From NCBI GenBank assembly GCA_020353155.1, contig CP070689.1:3105299-3169298 (forward strand): a DNA stretch of 64,000 bases. Reading direction: 5' to 3'. The notes beneath the pieces were generated by a model. That model worked only from the letters and a program-made list of their open reading frames with translations. It did not search any database and was not told the DNA's origin. This document shows, piece by piece, positions 35,136-43,722 of the stretch. The translations under genes and the position numbers were made by a program. Within the stretch, counting starts at the first letter, position 1, and the number at the start of each line of letters is the position of its first letter. The DNA comes from Deltaproteobacteria bacterium (lineage in GTDB: Bacteria > Desulfobacterota > Syntrophobacteria > BM002).

Positions 35136-36257
35136 TTACAATCGTCTTACCCTAATCGGTCTGCGCTTCTCTCGCGGGATCTCTAAGGTAACCGTAGTTC
35201 CCTTACCGACTGCGCTGTCAATCTCAATACTTCCGCCGTGATCGTGCACGATTCTCTGGCTTATTGTAAGGCCGAGACCGACGTGCTCGTTTTTTGTGGT
35301 GAAAAGAGGGTCAAAAACAAGGGGTAGGTTCTCCGGTTTAATCCCGCGGCCGTCGTCACGGACGCTAAAGCGAATGCGGTCTTCCCTTTCTTCCACAAGA
35401 AAATTGATCAGCACAGACGGATCTCCGGATTCCAAGGCATTGGTGAAGATGTTGGCCAAACATTGGGCGAGGATTTCCACATCCATAAAGGCGCGGATCG
35501 AGCGTAGTTTTTCGCTAGGGGGTGTTTGCCAATCCGAAGCTGCCGCCAATAAAGTCTTGGGAACCATATCCTTAGATCGTTTCAGCAGGTTGTCGAAATT
35601 GTCTTCTGCCATAGTGGGGAGAGGTAGGGTGGTGAAACTGGCCAGATTCTTTAGCAGGTTGTCCAGCCTGCTGGCTTCCTGATAAATGATTTCCTTGTAG
35701 AGCTGTCTGTCTTTGTCGCCCAGCCCCATTTTGAGTAAACGGGCGGCAAATCCACCAATTGCAGCGATTGGGTTGCGTATATGATGAGCCATCTGATCGA
35801 CCACCTTTGCCATGGACCTCACTCGCTCCGTTTCGATGGACTCGCGCTGAAGGGTTTTTAGAGTTCCAATATCCTGAATGGTTAAAACAATAACATCCTT
35901 GTGACTGCCGCAGTAAAGGAAGGTGGTGAGGTAGGCGAAAAACTTTTGATCTTTCCGGTCCCGGAGAAGAGCCTCTCCCTCAAAGCTTCCTTTTTCCAAA
36001 GTCAGTTTTATTATGTTGGGCAGAAAGATGTCGTAGTCATCTTCCAGGAACAAGGAGGAGATCGCATGGTCAATCCACTCGTCTGGCCGAAATCCGAATA
36101 GCTGCTCAGAGAAATTGTTGGCAAATAAAATTTTTCCTGAGGGCTCAAAGAGGACAATTCCGTGGGGTATTGACTGGAGAACCGCTTCGAGTAAGGCCTG
36201 ATCGAGAATGCTGGAGTCGGTCATCGCTATTTTCCGGGAAGGTTGGAAGTCGAACAA
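35136..36257 (-). CDS. PAS-domain sensor histidine kinase (orphan)
   Basis: 373 aa. PAS region, H-box MAHHIRNP, N/G boxes (NALES, DDGRGI, GLGLTISQ). Confidence 0.9.
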   Translation of the reverse strand: MFDFQPSRKIAMTDSSILDQALLEAVLQSIPHGIVLFEPSGKILFANNFSEQLFGFRPDEWIDHAISSLFLEDDYDIFLPNIIKLTLEKGSFEGEALLRDRKDQKFFAYLTTFLYCGSHKDVIVLTIQDIGTLKTLQRESIETERVRSMAKVVDQMAHHIRNPIAAIGGFAARLLKMGLGDKDRQLYKEIIYQEASRLDNLLKNLASFTTLPLPTMAEDNFDNLLKRSKDMVPKTLLAAASDWQTPPSEKLRSIRAFMDVEILAQCLANIFTNALESGDPSVLINFLVEEREDRIRFSVRDDGRGIKPENLPLVFDPLFTTKNEHVGLGLTISQRIVHDHGGSIEIDSAVGKGTTVTLEIPREKRRPIRVRRL

Positions 36258-36328
36258 GGGACAGACACAGGACGATTCTAGAACGGAAAAAACTCTGAGT
36301 CAACGGGGGCAGGATAGAAAGATCCTGC

Positions 36329-37321
36329 CTAACCACCTATGGCGACCATTGGTCGGCTTTGGCATTTACGGAATACATCAGGCTGGAGGCTGTGTTTTTC
36401 GGGTTTGTTGACAATAGAAGCTCTGAGAAATTGAGAGAGCTCAGAATCTGTCGCTCCTTGGCGGAGAGGTGATTTAATGTCCAATTCCTGGTCAGAAAAA
36501 AGACAGTTACGCAACTTGCCGTCGGCGGTGAGGCGTATCCGATTGCAAGAGGGACAAAAGTGGTGACTTATTGGACTTATTATGCCGATCATCCCTAGCG
36601 CATCCGGCCAGCGGAAATGGCGAGCAGGGCCGTTGGTGTGCTGGGCGGCAACTTGCTCTAGCGAGCCCACTTTGCTGAGCTTCGCCAGAATCTCATCGGC
36701 GCTGAAGTAATGCTGGAGGGTCCATTGGCTATCGTTGTTAAAGCCCATGAACTCAATAAAGCGAATGTGATAAGGGCGGTGGAGGCTTAGTCTCGCAAGA
36801 TCCAAAACTTCGTCATCATTGATCCCCCGCATTACCACTACATTGATTTTTACTGGATTGAACCCGAGTCGCTCGGCAGCCTGGATGCCCCGCCAGACTC
36901 TATCGAACTCATCACGGCGGGTGATGCGAAGAAATTTCTCACGCTGGAGAGTGTCAAGGCTAACATTGATGCGGCGAATGCCGGCGGCGTAAAGTTCCTG
37001 GGCGAGTTCTTCCAGTAGTACTCCGTTAGTGGTGAGGCTTAGGCTCTGCAGATCGGAGATTCCGGTCAAACGGCGGCAGAAGTCAACAACTCCCTTGCGG
37101 ACGAGCGGTTCTCCGCCCGTAAGCCGGACCTTATTTATACCCATCTTCACCGCTATTTCAATGAGGCGGAGAAACTCCTCATATGAGAGGATATCTTCAT
37201 GATCCAGCTTGACTGCACCCCCTAAGGGCATGCAATAAAGACATCGCAGGTTGCAACGGTCGGTAATGGAAACCCTGAGGTAGTCAATAGGTCGTTCATA
37301 GCGATCAGTGAGCAGGGTCAT
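36329..37321 (-). CDS. moaA: GTP 3',8-cyclase MoaA
   Basis: Radical-SAM CNLRCLYC, C-terminal CxxCxxxR...C cluster (CPSCNRIRLTADG), and a GG tail. ATG at 37321 is preferred over the TTG at 37345 in the track. Confidence 0.9.
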   Translation of the reverse strand: MTLLTDRYERPIDYLRVSITDRCNLRCLYCMPLGGAVKLDHEDILSYEEFLRLIEIAVKMGINKVRLTGGEPLVRKGVVDFCRRLTGISDLQSLSLTTNGVLLEELAQELYAAGIRRINVSLDTLQREKFLRITRRDEFDRVWRGIQAAERLGFNPVKINVVVMRGINDDEVLDLARLSLHRPYHIRFIEFMGFNNDSQWTLQHYFSADEILAKLSKVGSLEQVAAQHTNGPARHFRWPDALGMIGIISPISHHFCPSCNRIRLTADGKLRNCLFSDQELDIKSPLRQGATDSELSQFLRASIVNKPEKHSLQPDVFRKCQSRPMVAIGG

Positions 37322-37447
37322 TGAAATCTTCCAAGAACTAGTCAAGGATAAGCCAGAAGAATTGAAAAAAGGTTTCTTTATGTCATTTTTGTCATAATAA
37401 AAGAGGAGGTGGGCGAAGTCAAGAAATTAACCATCTGAGGGAGCGGC

Positions 37448-37602
37448 TTTCTCATTTGTCATTGCGCATTTGTCATTGCGCATTTATCATTACACATCGC
37501 AAATGATTTTGCTGATGTCGTTCTAATTAAATTCGCAATCCGAAATCGGGAACCCGCCCGAAGGGTGGGAGTCCGAAGGACAAATTCAGAATTCACAATT
37601 GC
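37448..37602. repeat. word arrays (CATTTGTCATTGCGCATT x2-3; AATCCGAAAT / AATTCAGAATTCACAATTGC) flanking a GC-rich core hairpin
   Basis: The core is cgaaatcGGGAACCCGCCCgaaGGGTGGGAGTCCgaagg at 37541-37580. It shares the 10-mer GGGAACCCGC with 18325-18334. Confidence 0.7.
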
Positions 37603-37631
37603 AGAAACAATGGATATTTAGAGGGAAACCG

Positions 37632-38702
37632 TTGATAGTACTCGGCATTGAGAGTTCTTGTGATGAAACCGCTGCAGCTGTGGTGGAAGATGGGTGGCGC
37701 ATTCTTTCCAGTGTAGTTTCCTCTCAGATTACAATTCATCGCCCCTATGGTGGTGTGGTCCCCGAACTGGCCTCCAGACAGCACGTCAAAGTCATCATCC
37801 CGGTTATTGCCGAAGCCCTGCAACGAGCAGATCTGGAGATGTCATCGGTAGATGTTATCGCAGTTACACAGGGACCAGGACTGGTGGGATCACTCCTGGT
37901 AGGCATTGGGGTGGCCAAGGGGTTGGCCTATGCTAGCGGTAAACCGCTGGTCGCCGTGAACCATCTTGAGGGCCACATTCAGGCCGCTTTTATGAATGAG
38001 GCGCAGCCTTCCTTTCCCATTGTTGCCCTGGTAGTTTCCGGGGGCCACACTAACCTTTATCTTGTTAAGGATTATGGCAGTATTGATCTGGTGGGGCGGA
38101 CAAGGGATGACGCTGCTGGTGAGGCTTTTGATAAAGTGGCCAAATTTTTGGACCTTGGCTATCCTGGTGGGGTGGTTATTGATAGTCTTGCCAGGAAGGG
38201 AAATCCGCAAGCGATTTCTTTTCCCCGAGCCTATTTGGAAAGGGACTCCCTGGATTTTAGTTTCAGTGGCATCAAAACTGCCGTAGTCAATTTTGTTCGC
38301 AAATATGCTCAAACCAACCAGCCAAATGAATCCTCCAAACCTGGAGTTAGCGGGGTTGCGGCAAAGGAGCTCCCCCTGCCGGTTGCTGATATCGTGGCCA
38401 GCTTCCAGGAGGCGGTAGTTGAGGTTTTGGTGGAAAAGACTTGCACTGCAGCGAAAAGATTCCAGGTGCGTCAGGTGGTGGTGGCAGGTGGAGTGGCGGC
38501 CAACAGCCGTCTTCGCCAGCGGCTGCAGGAAGAGGTGGGTGGTCTGGGCCTTTTCTTGAATTTGCCCGCGCCGGAGCTTTGCACTGACAACGCAGCCATG
38601 ATAGCTGCTGCCGGGTTTCATAAACTCAAGCATGGGGACCCGCCCTGGGAGCTGAATTTCGACGCTATTTCTCGCTGGCCGGATGTTCCAGCAGGCAGCT
38701 AA
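37632..38702 (+). CDS. tsaD: tRNA N6-adenosine threonylcarbamoyltransferase TsaD
   Basis: (M)IVLGIESSCDETAAAVV, HLEGH, and GGVAAN motifs. TTG at 37632 has a GAGGG RBS 6 nt upstream and gives the canonical N-terminus; the track begins at TTG 37599. Confidence 0.9.
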   Translation: MIVLGIESSCDETAAAVVEDGWRILSSVVSSQITIHRPYGGVVPELASRQHVKVIIPVIAEALQRADLEMSSVDVIAVTQGPGLVGSLLVGIGVAKGLAYASGKPLVAVNHLEGHIQAAFMNEAQPSFPIVALVVSGGHTNLYLVKDYGSIDLVGRTRDDAAGEAFDKVAKFLDLGYPGGVVIDSLARKGNPQAISFPRAYLERDSLDFSFSGIKTAVVNFVRKYAQTNQPNESSKPGVSGVAAKELPLPVADIVASFQEAVVEVLVEKTCTAAKRFQVRQVVVAGGVAANSRLRQRLQEEVGGLGLFLNLPAPELCTDNAAMIAAAGFHKLKHGDPPWELNFDAISRWPDVPAGS

Positions 38703-38710
38703 TAGGAAGA

Positions 38711-38741
38711 ACTAGGCAATAAGGACTAAACACTAGGCACC
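38711..38741. repeat. short word array (ACTAGGCA ATAAGGACTAAACACTAGGCAC)
   Basis: Degenerate GCACTAAG-family words between tsaD and the SDR gene. Confidence 0.5.
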
Positions 38742-38756
38742 GATAGGAGATTAACA

Positions 38757-39734
38757 GTGATGGCTGAAATAACCGGTAAGATACTATTAACAGGGGCCAC
38801 GGGTTTTGTGGGGGGTCGTTTGCTCCATGCCCTCACGGGACATGGGATGAAGGTGCGATGCCTCGTGCGTTCTCCTGAAAAACTCCGTGGCAAACTCTTT
38901 TCAGAGGAAGAGATAGAAATAGCCACGGGTGATCTGCTTCAAGAAGACACATTGGATTCGGCCCTCGAGGGGATTGAGGTAGCCTATTATCTGGTTCACT
39001 CCATGGGTGGTCGCACCATTGGTGAGAACAAGATCTTTGCAGAGCGGGACCGTGTCGCGGCGAGAAATTTTATCCGAACAGCAGATAAGGCCGGAGTGAG
39101 CCGTGTCATTTACCTGGGAGGTCTTGGTGAGACCGGCGATCAACTTTCCAAACACCTAGCCAGCCGGCAAGAAGTAGGCGAAATATTATCTTCAGGTCGA
39201 GGACAAGCTACCGAACTCCGAGCGCCCAACATCATGGGCGCAGGTGGAGCGCCCTTTGAAATGCTTCGATATTTGGTTGAACGGCTTCCAGTAATGGTTT
39301 GTCCCAGATGGATCGAAACGCGCTGTCAACCCATAGACATTCGGGACATGGTAAACTATCTTCTCGGTTGTATGCGGGAACCTGCCACTGCTGGCCTTTC
39401 CTTTGATGTCGGGGGCCCTGATATTGTCACCTATCGGGAGATGATGGAAATATACGCAAAGGTTCGCGGTCTCAAGCGGCTGATTATCACAGTACCAGTC
39501 CTAACACCTCGGCTTTCCACCTATTGGGTTAACATGGTAACGCCGGTTCCTTCAGGTGTTGTCAACCCCTTGGTGGAGGGGTTGAAAAACGAGGTGATAT
39601 GCAGGGAAAATCGCATCCGTGAACTCATTCCCATGAAGCTCACGACTCTTGAGGAGTCAATCTGTATTGCTTTACAAGAAGTGGAAAAAGGCCCGGGCAA
39701 ATTGATCTCCCGACAGACCTGTTTACTAAAATGA
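38757..39734 (+). CDS. NAD(P)-binding SDR/NmrA-like oxidoreductase
   Basis: 325 aa. Rossmann motif LLTGATGFVGGRLL. The start is GTG 38757 or ATG 38760, after the RBS TAGGAGA. Confidence 0.8.
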   Translation: MMAEITGKILLTGATGFVGGRLLHALTGHGMKVRCLVRSPEKLRGKLFSEEEIEIATGDLLQEDTLDSALEGIEVAYYLVHSMGGRTIGENKIFAERDRVAARNFIRTADKAGVSRVIYLGGLGETGDQLSKHLASRQEVGEILSSGRGQATELRAPNIMGAGGAPFEMLRYLVERLPVMVCPRWIETRCQPIDIRDMVNYLLGCMREPATAGLSFDVGGPDIVTYREMMEIYAKVRGLKRLIITVPVLTPRLSTYWVNMVTPVPSGVVNPLVEGLKNEVICRENRIRELIPMKLTTLEESICIALQEVEKGPGKLISRQTCLLK

Positions 39735-39754
39735 ATCTCTCCCCCAAATAAAAA

Positions 39755-39779
39755 CCCCCCTTCCTTGGCGGAAGGGGGG
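39755..39779. terminator. bidirectional intrinsic terminator
   Basis: A 10-bp GC-rich stem, CCCCCCTTCC (39755-39764) with GGAAGGGGGG (39770-39779). It is flanked by an A-run upstream and TGTTTCTT downstream, between convergent genes. Confidence 0.8.
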
Positions 39780-39814
39780 ATGTTTCTTAGTGATACAAAG
39801 GGTTACTCATAAAT

Positions 39815-40003
39815 TTAGCCGTTGTGGTAACCTTTGCCACAAAATGGACTGGCTGCCAGGGTCGGAATGCTACATTCCAGATGCCTCCTGGCGTTCTGGC
39901 GCATGGAGCGCCACATTACATAATCATCCTCTTCAGGCCAAATCTCTATACCAGGACCAGCCCAACCAGACTCCATAATTTCCTTCTCTTTGTGATCTTT
40001 CAT
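39815..40003 (-). CDS. hypothetical small Trp-rich protein
   Basis: 62 aa. Strong RBS GGGAGGAATATAAAATG. It ends next to the bidirectional terminator. No recognisable family. Confidence 0.5.
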   Translation of the reverse strand: MKDHKEKEIMESGWAGPGIEIWPEEDDYVMWRSMRQNARRHLECSIPTLAASPFCGKGYHNG

Positions 40004-40057
40004 TTTATATTCCTCCCTATGGTTCTTATTAAAGGTTAAATGTCGATAGTTAAGTAT

Positions 40058-40885
40058 TTACCCTTTGAATGGATGGTCTGTCTTCAAATGGTCATCTTCA
40101 ACCAGGAAATTTTCCTTGTGGTCTCCGAGTTCATCTAAAATTAACTCCTCTACAATGGCCCAGACCTCCGGGTCAGCGTCCATCATACTATGGGGCGTCG
40201 AAAAAAGCCTTCTTTGCCAGGGCTGAGCCGTCATATCAACTTCCTTGTTGGAATAATCAAACTCGATATTTGCTAATATACTGGTTGCCTCAGGATCTAG
40301 AGCCAGAATTTCATTCTCACCTCTAAAAATCCAATCGTTGCTCTGAAAAAGATTAGCTGCTTTTAATACGTTGGAAGGTATCAGGTGGTCGTTGAATCCC
40401 ACACTATCCACCTGAACAGTCAAAAGAACAGGAATGTCTAATTTCTCCAAATCTTTAGAAAGCTTTACTACCGTTGAACCACCGAGGCTCTGTCCGTAAA
40501 GAATAAGACGAGCAGAAGCTCGCTCCTGTGAACCAAGATTATCGTCCTCGTTTCGATCGAGAGCCTTGTGGATGAATTCCATGGCTAAGTCGCGCCTTCT
40601 GTTCTGAAAAGTCTCTATTTCTACCTTTGGTAGACTCATCTCATCAAGCTTGACTGCCAATTGTCTTACCCCGCGAGAGTCGTCATCCCATCGCTGCCTT
40701 CCCCCAAGAAATCCAATTACCAGAGTCTGATCGTCGTTTAGGGGTGTGGGTGTAGTTAAATGGAAATGCTGCTGTTCGGTTAGATAGGCACAACCGGTTT
40801 GTAGAGACATAGTCAAAACCACGAATACAAAGACTAATAAGCGTGATTTCCGAATATTTTTAACCTTTGCTTTCTTGTCTTCCAT
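40058..40885 (-). CDS. putative lipoprotein with alpha/beta-hydrolase-like nucleophile elbow
   Basis: Signal peptide plus LQTGC lipobox-like site. GQSLG (GxSxG) in LILYGQSLGGSTVV. ATG at 40885 is preferred over 40942. Confidence 0.55.
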   Translation of the reverse strand: MEDKKAKVKNIRKSRLLVFVFVVLTMSLQTGCAYLTEQQHFHLTTPTPLNDDQTLVIGFLGGRQRWDDDSRGVRQLAVKLDEMSLPKVEIETFQNRRRDLAMEFIHKALDRNEDDNLGSQERASARLILYGQSLGGSTVVKLSKDLEKLDIPVLLTVQVDSVGFNDHLIPSNVLKAANLFQSNDWIFRGENEILALDPEATSILANIEFDYSNKEVDMTAQPWQRRLFSTPHSMMDADPEVWAIVEELILDELGDHKENFLVEDDHLKTDHPFKG

Positions 40886-41008
40886 GATCTCTTCAACCTT
40901 TTGAGGAAAATTTCCTCTTTTAAAATAAAATACTTGAGTCATAAGTTAACCCTCATCTCGCGGACCGCAATGGTTAATTAAAGATAGTATAATGGTAGCA
41001 ATATACTA

Positions 41009-41965
41009 CTAGGAGAGAGACAATAGGTGGGTTCTAAGGTTGGCCTTCTTGTTCTTCAAACCGAGTTTTTGCCGAATGTTTTTTCGGTGGAAGTCCACCG
41101 CATTCATGGACAGATTCAACATTTCGGCTATTTCTTTTGTTGCTTTGCCTTCTTTAACTAGAGTGGCTACCTCAATTTCCCTTGGGGTAAGATTCAAATA
41201 CTTGGACGACAACTGGTGTAAGAAAGGAGAAATAATATCATTGAGGTTGGACTCAATGAGTTCCAGATGTGCTCTTTGCTGACGATCCAGTGAAGTATTT
41301 TTCAGTCTATTTAGATAGGGATTAACTAATTCTTTAACGTTTGACAAAACTTTTTCTTCCAGCTCCCCTTTATCTTCTTCCCGTTTTTTTAATAAAACTC
41401 TTAGGGCCGTATTGGCTTCCTCTAAGTTTTGCTTTTGCAGTTCCAGCTCAAGCTCCCTCTCTCTCAGAGCTTCCTCAACCAGCTTGATCGGCGTTACGTC
41501 TTCATGGCTTACTACCACCCTCAAGGGACCGGCACCTTCTAGTCGGTTGGCCCTAACGAAGCACCAGTGTTTTTCCGTGGGTGAATGGCAGGGGTAATCG
41601 GTGCCAAACTCATCTAGCTCACCTGCGATGATCTTTCTTATTCCTTCAGCAACCTCACGTGCTTTTTCCACTTCCTCCGGGGCTCCCACCGTGGAGTCGC
41701 ATATTTTTAAATAATTGAGACCTACAGTGTCAGCTGAACTTTCAATCTTGTTTTTTTGGCCGAATTGTTGCCATGAGCGATTAGTTTCCAAAATAACGCC
41801 ATTTTCATCCAGTATGGCTATGTTGGCTGAGAGGGAGTCTATTGCTACATTGATGTACTGTCCAGTGAGCCGTAAGGATTCAGCGGCTTCCCTGCACTTT
41901 GAAGCTTCTTCTTCCAACTCTTTTATTCGATTGAGGAGTTCCTCATAAGATGGGCTCGGCTTCAC
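41009..41965 (-). CDS. PAS-domain / LuxR-type HTH transcriptional regulator
   Basis: 318 aa. Coiled-coil regions, a PAS-like sensor, and a C-terminal GerE/LuxR HTH (LTPREIEVATLVKEGKATKEIAEMLNLSMNAVDFHRKNIRQKLG). Confidence 0.85.
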   Translation of the reverse strand: MKPSPSYEELLNRIKELEEEASKCREAAESLRLTGQYINVAIDSLSANIAILDENGVILETNRSWQQFGQKNKIESSADTVGLNYLKICDSTVGAPEEVEKAREVAEGIRKIIAGELDEFGTDYPCHSPTEKHWCFVRANRLEGAGPLRVVVSHEDVTPIKLVEEALRERELELELQKQNLEEANTALRVLLKKREEDKGELEEKVLSNVKELVNPYLNRLKNTSLDRQQRAHLELIESNLNDIISPFLHQLSSKYLNLTPREIEVATLVKEGKATKEIAEMLNLSMNAVDFHRKNIRQKLGLKNKKANLRTHLLSLS

Positions 41966-42014
41966 GGATTGATACCTTTCAGACCGAAAAATTACTCTTG
42001 TCGCAAAGGTTAAA

Positions 42015-42076
42015 CAGATCAGATTTCAGCAATGGTGTTTCTTCTTCCCGACACCTGAAAACTTACACCTAAAACC
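42015..42076. repeat. degenerate word tract (CAGATCAGATTTCAG ... CGACACCTGAAAACTTACACCTAAAACC)
   Basis: It resembles the CTGACACCTGAAACCTGACAC array at 3482-3502. It is the only such tract I saw inside the 39.8-58.9 kb block. Confidence 0.35.
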
Positions 42077-42077
42077 A

Positions 42078-43085
42078 TTAATCCACAATACCCTCTTTCA
42101 GAGCGTGGAGATTAGGAACGGGAACTGACATGCACTGGTTACGATCTGAGTTATAGGCGAAACGGTAAGACAATCCCATGTTGCCTTGGCGGTACATGAC
42201 CTCCCAGCCTCTAACCAGAAAAGGGCATGTATCGTTAAAACAGACATAGAGAAATTCCATGTCCCATTCGGTGAAAGGGTTCTGAGGCAATTCCCATTTC
42301 AGTAAAATCTCGTTGCAGTGGGGACACTGTAATGTATCGTTTACCGCTTTTTTCCTGCGCTCAAGTTCCTCTGGATCCGGGAGATCCGTGAGGGGCCAAA
42401 TCAATGAGAGGTCAGGCCTTTTGCTCCTCCCTCCTCCACTTTTCTCAGCGTATACTGCGTAAATGGGATCACTAGGGATATTAAGATGGGCGTACTTATC
42501 ATCCTTGGGCCTTGGTTTACCTTTTGAGACGAAAACCTGTGGACTGGTAAAGATCCCAGCCCGGTTGAAAAACTCTTCAACCAGCAAAACCCGCTCTTCC
42601 TCTCCAGACTGGCGCCAGATTTTGACCGCCTTTTGCTCGAACATGCGATTGGAAAAAATTATCAGGAACAACCCTCCTGGTCTTAGAATTCTGCCCACCT
42701 CGCGAAAGACGTCAATAGGTTTGGTTATATAGTCTACCGAAACCACGTTGAGGACAGCATCAAAAGTGGTATCTGGGAAAGGCAGAGAGGGATCCTTGTT
42801 CAGGTCGTGAATGCCATATTCCGTGAGAGCCTGGTTTTTCGAGAGCTCATTTCGATTGAGACCAAGCCCTACGACTTTCTGGGGTTGAATGGTCGAAGGA
42901 ATATGGGAGTCCCAGCCAGCCATCAAGTCCAAAATAACCGGATTATCCTCGATGACAAGTTCTCCAATTATCCTTTCCACCGTCTCCAGGGCAAGGGAAT
43001 CTATATGTTGAACGAATCGATCAGTGGTATAGAATATGGAATCATCTGATTCGTCCAGCCTGGAAAATGAATCATCACTGTTCAT
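42078..43085 (-). CDS. class I SAM-dependent methyltransferase fused to a C-terminal Cys-rich domain
   Basis: 335 aa. Methyltransf_11-like core (ILDLMAGWDSH, LRPGGLFLIIF). The roughly 100-aa C-terminal region carries CPHC...CFNDTC. Confidence 0.75.
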   Translation of the reverse strand: MNSDDSFSRLDESDDSIFYTTDRFVQHIDSLALETVERIIGELVIEDNPVILDLMAGWDSHIPSTIQPQKVVGLGLNRNELSKNQALTEYGIHDLNKDPSLPFPDTTFDAVLNVVSVDYITKPIDVFREVGRILRPGGLFLIIFSNRMFEQKAVKIWRQSGEEERVLLVEEFFNRAGIFTSPQVFVSKGKPRPKDDKYAHLNIPSDPIYAVYAEKSGGGRSKRPDLSLIWPLTDLPDPEELERRKKAVNDTLQCPHCNEILLKWELPQNPFTEWDMEFLYVCFNDTCPFLVRGWEVMYRQGNMGLSYRFAYNSDRNQCMSVPVPNLHALKEGIVD

Positions 43086-43086
43086 C

Positions 43087-43554
43087 TCACTCCTCCTCCA
43101 GGGCCTTGAGGGCTTTGGACACTGTATCTTTGGGACTGACCTTGTACCAGGTCTGCATTACTTTCCCCTCCTCGTCCAGAAGCAGGGCGGAGCGGATGAT
43201 GCCCTCGTACTTTTTGCCGTACATAGATTTCTCCCCCCAGGCGCCGTAGGCTTTGGCCACTTTGTTGTCCTGGTCAGATAACAGGGTAAAGCCCAGATCG
43301 TACTTGTCATCGAATTTTTTTTGCTTACCCGGGGCATCCGGACTGATTCCGATAACATCGACGCCTAGATCGGCTAGTTCCGCCCTGGCGTCTCTCACAC
43401 TACACGCCTGTTTAGTGCACCCAGGCGTATCCGCTTTAGGATAGAAATAGACAAGAATTTTTTTACCCCTGTAATCTTTAAGGTTAACTTCTTTTTCATT
43501 CTGATCTTTCAAGGCAAAATTTGCAGCCTTATCACCAGTATTTAGCTCAGTCAT
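43087..43554 (-). CDS. bcp: thiol peroxidase Bcp (peroxiredoxin)
   Basis: FYPKADTPGCTKQAC peroxidatic-Cys motif. ATG at 43554. It ends 1 nt before the methyltransferase start. Confidence 0.9.
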   Translation of the reverse strand: MTELNTGDKAANFALKDQNEKEVNLKDYRGKKILVYFYPKADTPGCTKQACSVRDARAELADLGVDVIGISPDAPGKQKKFDDKYDLGFTLLSDQDNKVAKAYGAWGEKSMYGKKYEGIIRSALLLDEEGKVMQTWYKVSPKDTVSKALKALEEE

Positions 43555-43722
43555 GGTAATGTCTCCCGTTCTATAAAAATTCAAAATTTTGTAATGAAAA
43601 TAAGCAGGCGTGCTTATTTGTCAATGCTGATGCAGCATGGCCATGTATTCTTTTAACGGTCTATCTTGTCGATATTTCAATAAATATTTATAGTGGAATC
43701 GCGGCCCATAGAAAAGGGAGAT

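Noticed and set aside
36308-36329. Hairpin GGCAGGAT-agaaag-ATCCTGCC overlapping the moaA stop codon as a terminator
   Set aside because: On the minus strand the T-run comes only about 15 nt after the stem. It may still act as an RNA stability element, but it is not a canonical intrinsic terminator.
37322-37450. Moco riboswitch upstream of moaA
   Set aside because: Reading the minus strand, I could not find the conserved Moco-motif elements or a convincing multi-stem structure. The spacer is dominated by word arrays. A covariance-model search would be needed to exclude it formally.
39790-40039. Plus-strand ORFs 39790-39978 and 39824-40039
   Set aside because: They overlap the minus-strand 62-aa ORF, which has a much better RBS (GGGAGG, 8-nt spacing) and ends at the terminator. 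The plus-strand candidates would start inside or just after the terminator stem.
43598-43619. Hairpin AAATAAGCA-ggcg-TGCTTATTT as the terminator of the PEP-utilizing-enzyme operon
   Set aside because: The stem is real (9 bp), but it is AT-rich and on the minus strand is not followed by a contiguous U-run. The evidence is too weak to list it as a terminator.
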